From Pleomorphomonas sp. (lineage in GTDB: Bacteria > Pseudomonadota > Alphaproteobacteria > Rhizobiales > Pleomorphomonadaceae), in assembly GCA_030603685.1 (NCBI GenBank), contig JAUVXG010000002.1:3415-67414 (forward strand): a stretch of DNA of 64,000 nt, given 5' to 3'. Below, piece after piece: positions 41,622-55,445 of the stretch. Under the pieces are notes generated by a model. It ran no database searches, was not told the origin of the DNA, and was given only the letters and a program-made list of their open reading frames with translations. Position 1 is the first letter of the stretch; each line of letters starts with the position of its first letter. The position numbers were made by a program, and so were the translations under genes.

Positions 41622-42314
41622 GTGAAGAAGGCCGAACGCCTAGAGCGCCTCGAGGACAGGTTGAAGGATGCTGGCGTGCTGCATCTCAGCGATGCGGCCA
41701 GCCATCTCGGCGTGTCGGAAATGACCGTGCGGCGCGACCTTGCATCGGCGCCGCATCTGTTCAGCTATCTCGGCGGCTACATCCTGCCGGCGGGCAGTGA
41801 GCGCTCCACCTATCGTCTTGATGCAGAAGCCGATACCCATTCCGAGGCGAAGGAGTTGGCGTGCCAGAAGGCGTCGCGGCTCGTGGAACCGGACGACACG
41901 ATCTTCATCGATTGCGGAACCACGACGCCCCGGATGACCGAGTACCTGCCACTGTCCGGCAAGCTGACCGTCATCACCTACGCCATGAACGTCGCCGAGC
42001 GCGTCATGAAGCGGCCGAACACCAATCTCATTCTGCTGGGCGGGCTGTTCCACGCGTCGTCACAGACCTTCTCCGGCGACGAGGCGCTCCGGTCGGTCGA
42101 GCGGCTGGGAATCAGCAAGGCCTTCCTGTCGGCCGGTGGGCTGCACTCGCAGCATGGCGCCACCTGTTCGAACTTTCACGAAGTGCCGATCAAGCAGGCC
42201 GTACTCGCGCGCGCCGGCCTGAGCTATCTGGTGATCGATTCAAGCAAGCTCGAGAAGATCAAGCCGGCATTCTTCGCAACGACCGACCAGTTCGACGACG
42301 TCATCACCGAGTGA
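41622..42314 (+). CDS. DeoR-family transcriptional regulator
   Basis: N-terminal HTH LHLSDAASHLGVSEMTVRRDL and a C-terminal DeoR sugar-binding domain. It is divergent from deoC. Confidence 0.85.
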   Translation: MKKAERLERLEDRLKDAGVLHLSDAASHLGVSEMTVRRDLASAPHLFSYLGGYILPAGSERSTYRLDAEADTHSEAKELACQKASRLVEPDDTIFIDCGTTTPRMTEYLPLSGKLTVITYAMNVAERVMKRPNTNLILLGGLFHASSQTFSGDEALRSVERLGISKAFLSAGGLHSQHGATCSNFHEVPIKQAVLARAGLSYLVIDSSKLEKIKPAFFATTDQFDDVITE

Positions 42315-42350
42315 GGGTTGCTGTCGCGTTTCTCGCGTGCACCCACGCTG

Positions 42351-42746
42351 TCAGGCGAGGGCGGCGATGGCGGTCTTTGCCTGATCGAGTGCGGCGATCG
42401 CACGATCCTTGGCTTCTTCGTTCTTCGCTTCGGCGAGAACGGCTTCGGCTGCGGCCACTTCCGACGCGGCGACGGCCGGATCGAACTCGGCCTCCGGCAC
42501 CGCCTTTTCGGCCAGAACGCTGAGGCCGGATGCGTTGACGTCGGCAAAGCCGCCGCGCACGTAGATGCGGCTGGAAACGCCGCCGGCCTTCACGGTGACG
42601 ATGCCGGTCTTCAGCGTGGTCAGGAACGGCGCGTGACCGGCGAGCACGCCAAAATCGCCCTCGCTGCCGGGCAGGTCCACCTGATCGGCGTCGATCGACA
42701 GAATCAGGCGCTCAGGGCTGACGAGCTCGAACTTGAAGGTTGCCAT
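42351..42746 (-). CDS. atpC: F0F1 ATP synthase subunit epsilon
   Basis: MATFKFELVSPERLILS... and the last position in atpHAGDC. The track ORF over-extends to 42860. Confidence 0.9.
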   Translation of the reverse strand: MATFKFELVSPERLILSIDADQVDLPGSEGDFGVLAGHAPFLTTLKTGIVTVKAGGVSSRIYVRGGFADVNASGLSVLAEKAVPEAEFDPAVAASEVAAAEAVLAEAKNEEAKDRAIAALDQAKTAIAALA

Positions 42747-42883
42747 CCGGCGCTCCCAACGGTGTTCTGGCAGTTCCAAGCCTCGGGAACCGCTCGGCGG
42801 CCATTTCGGCCGGTCAATGCATAGGTCCGGCGCGACGGCGCCGGAGAGGCGGGCGGCCATGGCCGCCCCACCCGATCACATCA

Positions 42884-45222
<2,339 letters not shown>

Positions 45223-45301
45223 ATCGGCTCCTGCCCGGGGGGCATCGGGGCGCGGGAGAGGAGGGCGGCCTTCGCCCCCCTCGGTTCATCCTGCGTTAGC
45301 G

Positions 45302-46831
45302 TCAGGCAAAGGTCCTGGCGAAGTTGGAGATCGCCTCGTGGAGCTTGCCGCGAAGCTCGTCGGAGAGCTGCTTCTCGGCCCAGATGCGGTCCAGGATGTC
45401 GGCGTGCTTCTCGCGGAGGTAGCGCAGCAGTCCCTCCTCGAACGGACGAACCTTGCTGAGCGGCAGCGGATCGAGGAAGCCGGATACGCCGGCGAAGATC
45501 ACGGCCACTTCTTCCTGCGTCTTCAGCGGCGAGAACTGCGGCTGCTTCAGGAGTTCGGTGAGGCGGGCGCCGCGGTTGAGCAGGCGCTGCGTCGAGGCAT
45601 CGAGGTCGGAGCCGAACTGCGCGAAGGCGGCCATCTCGCGATACTGTGCAAGCTCGCCCTTGATGGTGCCGGCCACCTGCTTCATCGCCTTGATCTGGGC
45701 CGACGAGCCGACGCGCGACACCGAGAGGCCGACGTTCACGGCGGGGCGGATGCCCTGGTAGAACAGCGAGGTCTCAAGGAAGATCTGGCCGTCGGTGATC
45801 GAGATGACGTTGGTCGGGATGTAGGCCGACACGTCGTTCGCCTGGGTCTCGATGACCGGAAGGGCGGTGAGCGAACCGGAGCCATTCTCGTCGTTGAGCT
45901 TGGCGGCGCGCTCGAGCAGGCGGGAGTGCAGATAGAACACGTCGCCGGGGAACGCTTCACGTCCCGGCGGACGGCGCAGCAGCAGCGACATCTGGCGGTA
46001 GGCGACGGCCTGCTTGGTCAGATCGTCGTAGGCGATCAGCGCGTGCATGCCGTTGTCGCGGAAATACTCGCCCATGGCGCAGCCGGCGAACGGGGCGATG
46101 TACTGCATCGGCGCCGGGTCGGAAGCGGTGGCGGCGACGACGATCGAGTACTTGAGCGCGCCGGCGTCTTCCAGCTTCTTGACGAACTGGGCGACGGTGG
46201 AGCGCTTCTGACCGATGGCGACGTAGACGCAGTAGAGCTTGTGCTTCTCGTCGTCTCCCTCGTGCAGGGACTTCTGGTTGAGGAAGGTGTCGAGGATGAT
46301 GGCGGTCTTGCCGGTCTGGCGGTCGCCAATCACCAGCTCGCGCTGGCCGCGGCCGATCGGGATCATCGCGTCGATGGCCTTGAGGCCGGTCGACATCGGC
46401 TCGTGCACCGACTTGCGCGGGATGATGCCGGGCGCCTTGACGTCGACGCGGGCGCGCGTCTCGAACTCGATCGGGCCCTTGCCGTCGATCGGATTGCCGA
46501 GGGCGTCGACGACGCGTCCGAGCAGGCCGCGGCCGACCGGCACGTCGACGATGGCGCCGGTCCGCTTGACGGTGTCGCCTTCCTTGATGTCACGGTCGGA
46601 GCCGAAGATGACGACGCCGACGTTGTCGCTCTCGAGGTTCAGCGCCATGCCGCGAATGCCGCCGGGGAACTCGACCATCTCGCCCGCCTGGACGTTGTCG
46701 AGACCGTAGACGCGGGCGATGCCGTCACCCACGGAGAGAACCTGGCCGACCTCGGATACCTCGGCATTGCGGCCGAAGTTCTTGATCTGCTCCTTGAGGA
46801 TTGCGGAAATTTCCGCGGCGCGGATATCCAT
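45302..46831 (-). CDS. atpA: F0F1 ATP synthase subunit alpha
   Basis: [10 protein letters not shown] Walker A, 509 aa. Confidence 0.97.
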   Translation of the reverse strand: MDIRAAEISAILKEQIKNFGRNAEVSEVGQVLSVGDGIARVYGLDNVQAGEMVEFPGGIRGMALNLESDNVGVVIFGSDRDIKEGDTVKRTGAIVDVPVGRGLLGRVVDALGNPIDGKGPIEFETRARVDVKAPGIIPRKSVHEPMSTGLKAIDAMIPIGRGQRELVIGDRQTGKTAIILDTFLNQKSLHEGDDEKHKLYCVYVAIGQKRSTVAQFVKKLEDAGALKYSIVVAATASDPAPMQYIAPFAGCAMGEYFRDNGMHALIAYDDLTKQAVAYRQMSLLLRRPPGREAFPGDVFYLHSRLLERAAKLNDENGSGSLTALPVIETQANDVSAYIPTNVISITDGQIFLETSLFYQGIRPAVNVGLSVSRVGSSAQIKAMKQVAGTIKGELAQYREMAAFAQFGSDLDASTQRLLNRGARLTELLKQPQFSPLKTQEEVAVIFAGVSGFLDPLPLSKVRPFEEGLLRYLREKHADILDRIWAEKQLSDELRGKLHEAISNFARTFA

Positions 46832-47391
46832 CAGCCGACCTCTTTCAATGCAATCTTGAGTGCGTCGAGTTTCGTTTTGAGCGACGTGTCGATCATGCGC
46901 GAACCGAGCTTGACGACGAGACCGCCGATCAGCGACGGGTCGACTTCGAGTTCAACATGAACCGACTTGCCGGATATGTCGGCCAGCGCGCGCTTGATCT
47001 CGGCGAGCTGGCTGTCGGAAAGGGGGATCGCCGAGGCGATGCCGGCCGTCACTTCGCCGCGCCGGTCAGCGAGCAACTGACGGAAGCCACGGAACATGTC
47101 GGCCATCGCCGAAAGGCGGTTGTTGGAGGCGACGAGCTTGATGAAATTGCTCACGGTCTGGCCAAGGCCGGCGGCCTCGACCACGGCGCCAATGGCGCGG
47201 ACCTGATCCTCGGTGCTGAAGACCAACGATTTCATCAGCCGACGAAGGTCGGCGCTTTCTCGGCGGAGGGTCTCGAAACGGGCAATGTCCGCCTCGACGA
47301 TGTCGAGTTCGCTGGTCTCGCTCGCCAGTTCGAACAGGGCCGTCGCATAACGCTCGGCGACCCCGAAGACCATCGTTTCCGCTTCGCTCAC
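46831..47391 (-). CDS. atpH: F0F1 ATP synthase subunit delta (OSCP)
   Basis: [14 protein letters not shown]. The GTG at 47391 has GAGGGG upstream. The track ATG at 47406 is an alternative start. Confidence 0.88.
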   Translation of the reverse strand: MSEAETMVFGVAERYATALFELASETSELDIVEADIARFETLRRESADLRRLMKSLVFSTEDQVRAIGAVVEAAGLGQTVSNFIKLVASNNRLSAMADMFRGFRQLLADRRGEVTAGIASAIPLSDSQLAEIKRALADISGKSVHVELEVDPSLIGGLVVKLGSRMIDTSLKTKLDALKIALKEVG

Positions 47392-47681
47392 GTAAGAACC
47401 CCTCATCGGTGCGAACCATCAAAGGTTCACCCGTTTGAACGCTTTGAAGAAATTCGCAGAATAGAATACGACGGCGGCACGGCGCACGGCCCCGCAGCGA
47501 ACTTGGCTCCGTCTATCACAGGACTTTCCCTCACGCAACGCGTTCACTGGATTCAGGAATTCCGCGTTTTGCGCGGATATCCTTAGGTAATTGGCCGCTT
47601 GGGACATCCCCTTAAAAAAACCTCATCCTAAAGTCGAATAGTTTATCGTTTTAGGTGGGGTTGAGCGCCGTTTTACGGCGG

Positions 47682-49916
47682 TCAAAGGAAGTTCTGCGGG
47701 TCGACGTCGACATAAGCCTCGACGCCGCGCGTCGGCCGGTCGGCGGCGGCGATCCAGGCGCGCATGTAGGCGGAAAGGTCGGTGTCGCGGCCGGAGTGAG
47801 CAATGAGCCGGAAACGGTGGCGGCCGCGCACCACGGCGAGCGCCGCCTCGGCCGGGCCGAGCACCTCGACGGCTGGATCGTTGGGCGCCATGCGGGCGAG
47901 GTGGCGCGCATGGTCTTCGGCCAGTTCCCGACTTGGACCGGATACCAGGATCGCCGCGAGGCGGCCGAAAGGCGGCATGGCCGACCGCTCGCGCTCGGCA
48001 AGCTCGGTCCGGTAGAAGCGTTCGGCGTCACCCGATATGAGCGCTTCGATCACCGGGCTTTCCGGCGCGTAGGTCTGGAGCAGGCCGAGACCCTTGCCGA
48101 TGACGCGACCGGCGCGGCCGGTGACCTGGGCGAGGAGCTGAAAGGTCCGCTCGGCAGCGCGCGGATCGCCCTGTGACAGGCCCAGATCGGCATCGACGAC
48201 GCCGACCAGCGTCAGCTTGGGGAACGTGTGCCCCTTTGCGACCATCTGCGTGCCGACGACGATGTCGCACTCGCCCTTGGCCACCGCCTCGAACTCCGCC
48301 TTGAGGCGCTGGATGCCGCCGCCGATGTCCGACGACAGGACCACGGTGCGCTTGTCGGGGAGCAGGGTTTGCATCTCCTCGGCAATGCGCTCGACGCCGG
48401 GGCCGCAGGCGACGAGGCTGTCGAGCGTGCCGCAGGAGGGGCAGGCTTCGGGCCGGGGCACCGTGTGTCCGCAGTGATGGCAGACGAGCCGGCCGCGGAA
48501 GCGGTGCTCTACCAGCCACGCCGAGCACTGCGGGCACTGGAAGCGGTGGCCGCAGGACCGGCAGAGAGTGAGCGGCGCATAGCCGCGCCGATTGAGGAAC
48601 AGCATGGCCTGTTCGCCCCGCTCGGTCACCTCGCGGATGGCGGCGACGAGGCCGGGCGCCAGGAAGCGGCCGCGTGGCGGACCGGCCTTCCGCATGTCGA
48701 TGGCGTAGAGGCTGGGCAGTTCGCGCCCGGTGGCGCGGGCCGGCAGTATGATGTGCCGGTAGCGGCCGCGCTCGGCATTGACGCGGCTTTCGAGCGACGG
48801 CGTCGCCGAGGCGAGGATGACGGGGATCCTTTCCAGTCGACCGCGCACCACCGCCATGTCGCGGGCGTGGTAGCTCGCCCATTCCTCCTGTTTGTAGGCG
48901 CCGTCGTGTTCCTCGTCGACGACGATCAGACCAAGGTCGGAGAAGGGCAGGAACAGGGCCGAACGGGCGCCGACGACCACGCGCGCCTCGCCGAGCGCCA
49001 CGGCGCGCCATGTCCGGGCGCGCATCTTCGGGCCGACGTCCGAGTGCCATTCGGCCGGCAGTGCGCCGAAGCGCTCGGAGAAGCGCTCCAGAAAGGCGCG
49101 GGTGAGCGCGATCTCGGGCACCAGGATCAGCGCTTGCCGTCCGGCCCTCAGCGCGTCGGCTACCGCTTCCAGGTAGACTTCGGTCTTGCCCGAACCGGTG
49201 ACGCCGTCGATCAGCGTCACCCCATCGTCTCGCGCTTCGCGCAACCGGGCGACGGCGGCGGTCTGATCCGGCGTCAGGGCGATGGGGTTGAAGTCGGGAT
49301 CGGGCGCGCGAAACGGCCGGCCAGGAGGCAGTTCCACTTCGGCCAGCGCGCCGGCGGTCACGAGTCCCTCGACCACCGAGGGGGAAACGCCGGCCGCTGC
49401 CGCGAGACCGGCGCGTGTCCAGGCCTGCCCTTCGTTGTCGGCGAGCAGCGCCCTCACGCGTCGGCGCGCGTCGGTGAGACGCTCGGGTGCGGCGTTCGTC
49501 GCCACGAGCCCGCGCAAGGGCGGTTCCGGCTCCAACGCATCCGGCGCCCGCAGGACCATGCGCATCACCATGCCGCGTGGCGTCAGCGTGTAGCGGGCGA
49601 CCCAGTCGACGAAGGTGAGCATCTCGGGGGTCAGAGGAGGCGCGTCGAAAGCGATCTCGATGGGGCGCAGGCGGTTCGACGAGGCCTGTAGTTCGGCCGG
49701 CTCCGCCGTGACGACGCCGACCACCTTGCGCGGACCAAGCGGCACCTGAACGATCGAACCGGGCACGACCACCATTCCGTGCGGTACGCGGTAGGAATAG
49801 GACAGGTCAAGACCGACCGGCGTCAGCACTTGCACCACCTCTCCGCCTGCCGCCGGGCGAGGGGCGGCTTCTCCGAACAGGTCGTGGAGCGAGGAAGTGG
49901 GTTTTTCGGTCGGCAT
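47682..49916 (-). CDS. priA: Primosomal protein N' (replication restart helicase)
   Basis: DGVTGSGKTEVY and VVDEEHD helicase motifs, plus the Cys-rich insert CRSCGHRFQCPQCSAWL...CHHCGH...CPSCG. Confidence 0.93.
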   Translation of the reverse strand: MPTEKPTSSLHDLFGEAAPRPAAGGEVVQVLTPVGLDLSYSYRVPHGMVVVPGSIVQVPLGPRKVVGVVTAEPAELQASSNRLRPIEIAFDAPPLTPEMLTFVDWVARYTLTPRGMVMRMVLRAPDALEPEPPLRGLVATNAAPERLTDARRRVRALLADNEGQAWTRAGLAAAAGVSPSVVEGLVTAGALAEVELPPGRPFRAPDPDFNPIALTPDQTAAVARLREARDDGVTLIDGVTGSGKTEVYLEAVADALRAGRQALILVPEIALTRAFLERFSERFGALPAEWHSDVGPKMRARTWRAVALGEARVVVGARSALFLPFSDLGLIVVDEEHDGAYKQEEWASYHARDMAVVRGRLERIPVILASATPSLESRVNAERGRYRHIILPARATGRELPSLYAIDMRKAGPPRGRFLAPGLVAAIREVTERGEQAMLFLNRRGYAPLTLCRSCGHRFQCPQCSAWLVEHRFRGRLVCHHCGHTVPRPEACPSCGTLDSLVACGPGVERIAEEMQTLLPDKRTVVLSSDIGGGIQRLKAEFEAVAKGECDIVVGTQMVAKGHTFPKLTLVGVVDADLGLSQGDPRAAERTFQLLAQVTGRAGRVIGKGLGLLQTYAPESPVIEALISGDAERFYRTELAERERSAMPPFGRLAAILVSGPSRELAEDHARHLARMAPNDPAVEVLGPAEAALAVVRGRHRFRLIAHSGRDTDLSAYMRAWIAAADRPTRGVEAYVDVDPQNFL

Positions 49917-49981
49917 CGGCTGATTCGAGATGTACGGAGAACGATCATAGGCTAAACGGAGGACCGCCGCCTCGCCAAGCC

Positions 49982-50908
49982 GTGGCCCACATGGAATTGT
50001 CGCCGCCCATGAGTCGTCCCGCCGTCATCGTTCTTTCCTCCTTCGTTGCCCGCGGATCGGTGGGGGCTCGCGCCGCCTTCGCGCTGGAGCGGCTTGGTCA
50101 CCGCGTCTGGACGTTGCCCACGGTCATCCTGCCCTGGCATCCCGGCCATGGTCGGGCCCATCGCATGGTCTTGCCGGAAGCCGATTTCGCCGCGCTCTGC
50201 GCCGATCTTGCCCGGGCGCCTTGGCTGTCCGAAGTCGGCGGCATCATCACCGGATATCTCGGTTCGGCCGGACAGGCAGACGCCGCCGCAGGGCTGGTCG
50301 CTGCCGTCAGGGCAGCCAATCCGAATGCCTTGCATCTCGCCGATCCCGTCATCGGCGACATGACGACCGGCGGCACGGGCGGTCTCTACGTGCCCGAACC
50401 CGTCGCCTTGGCTCAGCGCGACCGTCTGGTCGCCATCGCCGACATTGCGACGCCCAACCGTTTCGAAATCGGCTGGCTCACCGGTCGCCCGGTCGAGACG
50501 TTGACCGAGATCTCGGCGGCGGCGCGGGCACTCGGGCCGAAGCGGGTCGTCGTCACGTCGGCGCCTGCGCTGATGACCGGCAAGATCGCGGCCGCCCTCG
50601 TCACCACGGGCGAGACCATCGTCGCCGAGAACCAGATGGTCGAAGGCGCCCCCAACGGCACGGGCGATCTGTTCGCCGCGCTGTTCCTGTCGCGGCTGAT
50701 CGGCGGTGCATCCGACGAGGCGGCGCTTGCCGCTGCATCGGCCTCCACCTTCGAGGTCATCGCCCGGTCGGTGAAGGCCGGTGGCCGCGAGCTGGACCTC
50801 GTGGACCAGCAGGACGCGCTGGTTCGCCCGATGGCCATGGTCGACATTCGCCGGCTGGCCACGCCGCGCCGCCCCGTCGCGCGTCCCACGGGAATCGAGA
50901 CCTTGTGA
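49982..50908 (+). CDS. Pyridoxal/pyridoxamine kinase (PdxK/PdxY family); start uncertain, with an ATG also at 50009
   Basis: VIVLSSFVARGSVGARAAFALERLGHRVWTLPTVILPWHPGHG and the C-terminal GTGDLFAALF. Confidence 0.8.
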   Translation: MAHMELSPPMSRPAVIVLSSFVARGSVGARAAFALERLGHRVWTLPTVILPWHPGHGRAHRMVLPEADFAALCADLARAPWLSEVGGIITGYLGSAGQADAAAGLVAAVRAANPNALHLADPVIGDMTTGGTGGLYVPEPVALAQRDRLVAIADIATPNRFEIGWLTGRPVETLTEISAAARALGPKRVVVTSAPALMTGKIAAALVTTGETIVAENQMVEGAPNGTGDLFAALFLSRLIGGASDEAALAAASASTFEVIARSVKAGGRELDLVDQQDALVRPMAMVDIRRLATPRRPVARPTGIETL

Positions 50909-51000
50909 TGTTCGCGATGATTGACGCTTATAAGTAGACTTCCGTATAACGCGCCGGCGGACACCTCCGCCGCTCCGTCCCTCCAGCCGGATTTTCGCCG

Positions 51001-51687
51001 ATGACCGAACCGAAAGCTCCTCTCCGCCCGAAGCTTCCCGCCTCCTTCCCGGGGCGTCTGACGACAGGCTACGAGGCTTTCCGGGAGGGGCGATACCCGA
51101 GCGAAAACGAGCGGTACAAGCGGCTCGCCGCCGAGGGCCAGAAGCCGCGGATCATGATCATCGGTTGCTCGGACAGCCGCGTGTCGCCGGAAGTGATCTT
51201 CGATGCCGGCCCCGGCGAAATCTTCGTCGTCCGCAACGTCGCCAACATCGTGCCGCCCTACACGCCGGACGGTGAGACGCACGGCACCTCGGCCGCGCTG
51301 GAGTTCGCGGTGATGGCGCTTGCCGTCCGTCATATCGTGGTGATGGGCCACGGCCGCTGCGGCGGTATCGCGGCGGCGCTCGACAGTCGCGATCCGCTTA
51401 CGCCGACCGACTTCATCGGCAAGTGGGTTTCGGTGCTGGACGACACCGCCGAGCGGGTGCGCTGCGACCACGCGATCGCCCCGGGCTTGCGCTACACCGC
51501 GTTGGAGCATGAGGCGATCAAGTCGTCGCTCAAGAATCTTCTCGCCTATCCCTTCGTCAAGAACCGTGTCGATGCCGGCGAGCTGGCGCTGCACGGCGCC
51601 TGGTTCGACGTCTCGGAGGGCGAGCTTCACGTGCTCGACCACGAGAGCGGAGATTTCACCGTCCTCTCCGGTACGCTTGCCCCTTGA
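51001..51687 (+). CDS. Beta-class carbonic anhydrase
   Basis: GCSDSRVSPE...VVRNVANIV...VMGHGRCGG (the Cys-His-Cys zinc ligand pattern). Confidence 0.88.
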   Translation: MTEPKAPLRPKLPASFPGRLTTGYEAFREGRYPSENERYKRLAAEGQKPRIMIIGCSDSRVSPEVIFDAGPGEIFVVRNVANIVPPYTPDGETHGTSAALEFAVMALAVRHIVVMGHGRCGGIAAALDSRDPLTPTDFIGKWVSVLDDTAERVRCDHAIAPGLRYTALEHEAIKSSLKNLLAYPFVKNRVDAGELALHGAWFDVSEGELHVLDHESGDFTVLSGTLAP

Positions 51688-51774
51688 ACCTTGACGGCAA
51701 GGCGATTACGGCTAACGGCCGAAGCCGGCCGGACGAGGCCGTGCGCCCTGCTTTCTGTTCTTGAGGATGCGACG

Positions 51775-52887
51775 ATGGCAAAGAATTCGCTGTTCCTGCT
51801 GCCCGGCGACGGCATCGGCCCGGAAATCATGGCCGAGGTCGAGACGATCATCGCCTTCCTGAACCGCAAGGGCCTGACCGACTTCTCGCTCGATCGCGGT
51901 CTGGTCGGCGGTTCGGCCTATGACGCCCACGGCGCTGCCATCTCCGAGGCCGACATGGCCAAGGCGCTCGCCGCCGACGCCGTGCTGTTCGGCGCCGTCG
52001 GCGGTCCCAAGTGGGACAGCGTTCCCTATGACTGCCGCCCCGAAGCCGGTCTGCTGCGTCTTCGCAAGGACCTCGGCCTGTTCGCCAATCTCCGCCCGGC
52101 CATCTGCTACCCGGCGCTGGCCGACGCCTCGTCGCTGAAGCGCGAAGTGGTGGAAGGCCTCGATATCCTGATCGTCCGAGAGCTGACCGGCGGCGTCTAC
52201 TTCGGCGAGCCGAAGGAGATCGTCACGCTGGAGAACGGTGAAAAGCGCGCCGTCGACACGCAGGTCTACACCACCCACGAGATCGAGCGCATCGCCCGCG
52301 TCGCCTTCGACCTCGCCAAGGCGCGCAATGGCCGCGTTTCCTCGGCCGAGAAGCGGAACGTCATGAAGTCGGGCGTGCTCTGGAACCAGGTGGTGACCAA
52401 GGTCGGCAAGGAAGAGTACGCCGACGTCAAGCTCGATCACATCCTGGCCGACAACTGCGCCATGCAGCTCGTCCGCTATCCCAAGCAGTTCGACGTGATC
52501 CTGACCGACAACCTGTTCGGCGACGTGCTCTCCGACATCGGCGCCATGCTGACGGGCTCGCTCGGCATGCTGCCGTCGGCTTCGCTTGGTGCCCCGGATG
52601 CCGCCACCGGCAAGCGCAAGGCGCTCTACGAGCCCGTCCATGGCTCGGCGCCCGATATCGCCGGCACGGGCGCGGCCAACCCGATCGCCATGATCGCCTC
52701 CTTCGGCATGGCGCTGCGCTATTCCTTCGGCATGATCGATCTCGCCGGCAAGCTGGACGAAGCGATTGCCCGGGTGCTCGGCAAGGGGCTCCGGACCAAG
52801 GATATCGCCCAGAAAGGTGAAGCCACCGTCGACACCCGCGCCATGGGCGCGGCCATCCTGGCCGAGTTCGAGGCCTTGGTCGGCTGA
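51775..52887 (+). CDS. leuB: 3-isopropylmalate dehydrogenase
   Basis: [18 protein letters not shown]..., NLFGDVLSD. The track ORF over-extends to 51691. Confidence 0.93.
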   Translation: MAKNSLFLLPGDGIGPEIMAEVETIIAFLNRKGLTDFSLDRGLVGGSAYDAHGAAISEADMAKALAADAVLFGAVGGPKWDSVPYDCRPEAGLLRLRKDLGLFANLRPAICYPALADASSLKREVVEGLDILIVRELTGGVYFGEPKEIVTLENGEKRAVDTQVYTTHEIERIARVAFDLAKARNGRVSSAEKRNVMKSGVLWNQVVTKVGKEEYADVKLDHILADNCAMQLVRYPKQFDVILTDNLFGDVLSDIGAMLTGSLGMLPSASLGAPDAATGKRKALYEPVHGSAPDIAGTGAANPIAMIASFGMALRYSFGMIDLAGKLDEAIARVLGKGLRTKDIAQKGEATVDTRAMGAAILAEFEALVG

Positions 52888-52910
52888 CCATTCGACTTTA
52901 GGCTATTGGG

Positions 52911-52950
52911 GCGGCGGTCACGGGGTTGTTAACTCCGCCGCTCTTGTTTT
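52911..52950 (+). terminator. Rho-independent terminator after leuB
   Basis: GCGGCGG (52911..52917) pairs with CCGCCGC (52935..52941), followed by TCTTGTTTT. Confidence 0.55.
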
Positions 52951-53072
52951 CGTGGGGAGCCGCACCAAATCTTGGTCATGACGGCATCGCCCATCAGGCA
53001 CTGCCCCCCGTCTCGCCAGCGGCGGTGACCGTCGCCGGGTTCCCCTCCCGGCCCGCGCTGATCCCTAGCGCC

Positions 53073-53111
53073 GCGCCCAGCCTTCCCCCGAGGCTGGGCG
53101 CTTCTCTTTTT
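53073..53111 (+). terminator. Strong + strand rho-independent terminator with no annotated + gene upstream
   Basis: GCGCCCAGCC (53073..53082) pairs with GGCTGGGCGC (53092..53101), a 10-bp perfect stem with a 9-nt loop, followed by TTCTCTTTTT. Confidence 0.6.
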
Positions 53112-53114
53112 GAG

Positions 53115-53675
53115 TTAGTCCTTGAGCTCCAAGCCTTCGTAAATGTCGGCAAGGGAAAGGCGCACGCCGATTTCGGGCAGATCGACGAGACCTTCGTGTC
53201 CCATTGCCTCGCCCTCGAGGATGAGTTCGCCTCCCGCCCGGCGCAGCACAGCTGCACGCATGACGTCCTGGTTCAAGATGACATAGGTGGAGATGGTCGG
53301 AATGGCGGCATAGTCGCGCGGCTTCTGAAGATAGTCGGTGGTGAGTGAAGACGGAGACGCTACTTCGATCACCACGGTCGGTCCGGTGGCGACATGGTCT
53401 GCCGGGGCGCTCGGGCCGCAGTCGACCATGACATCGGGATAGCGGACGTTTCCTCTGGGGGTGGCGACGGCCACTTCCACACGAGCCTTGCACGGTTTGC
53501 CGCGAAGAGATTCCCGAAGGGAAGAAAACACATTGCCGATAATATCGCCATGAGCAATGCTTCCGCCCGTCATCAGTCGTGGCCGGCCATCCACCAGCTC
53601 GTGGCGCTCCTCCTGCGTCTCCTGCCAGTGCAGGAACTGATCGACGCTCATGGGCGTCTCGGCCAGTTGGGTCAT
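53115..53675 (-). CDS. Uma2 family (DUF820) PD-(D/E)xK endonuclease
   Basis: MSVDQFLHWQETQEERHELVDGRPRLM...YPDVMVDCG...VVIEVASPSS. The ATG at 53675 is preferred over the track start at 53777. Confidence 0.8.
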   Translation of the reverse strand: MTQLAETPMSVDQFLHWQETQEERHELVDGRPRLMTGGSIAHGDIIGNVFSSLRESLRGKPCKARVEVAVATPRGNVRYPDVMVDCGPSAPADHVATGPTVVIEVASPSSLTTDYLQKPRDYAAIPTISTYVILNQDVMRAAVLRRAGGELILEGEAMGHEGLVDLPEIGVRLSLADIYEGLELKD

Positions 53676-53973
53676 GCTTGCGGTCCTCTTGTCGCCGGCG
53701 ATGCTAACACATCGGCGATTGTCGGCGCCCCGGTTTTTCAGTATAGAGCGGATCATGAACGCGAAGCCGCAGATCACGCGCCTGCCGACGTCGGCCGATT
53801 ATTTCCCGGCCCACGATCACGCGCGTCTGCCGTGGCGGTTTCTGGCGCGGCAGACCGGCGACAGCCGACTCCGGCCCTGAGATGACGGCCGGCGCCGCCG
53901 GACCCTTCTACTGCTTTCCAGACAGATCAGGGGCGAGGTTCGCCCGCCCCACGGAATCGAAAGTCCGATCATC

Positions 53974-55386
<1,413 letters not shown>

Positions 55387-55416
55387 CGTATCGCCCCGGG
55401 CGGGAAGAATGATCAG

Positions 55417-55445
55417 GGCCGGAGCCGATCGCTCCGGCCTTTTTC
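55417..55445 (+). terminator. Rho-independent terminator after leuC, shared with the convergent gene
   Basis: GGCCGGAGC (55417..55425) pairs with GCTCCGGCC (55431..55439), followed by TTTTTC. Confidence 0.7.

Noticed and set aside
48028-49691. ORFs 48228..49691 (+) and 48028..49050 (-), which overlap priA
   Set aside because: priA (47682..49916, minus strand) has the helicase and zinc-finger motifs. The overlapping frames are Arg/Pro/Gly-rich and have no motifs.
50413-52641. Minus-strand ORFs 50413..51642 (409 aa) and 51712..52641 (309 aa), and the minus ORF 53908..55359 (483 aa)
   Set aside because: They are antisense to pyridoxal kinase and carbonic anhydrase, to leuB and to leuC respectively, and show shadow composition.
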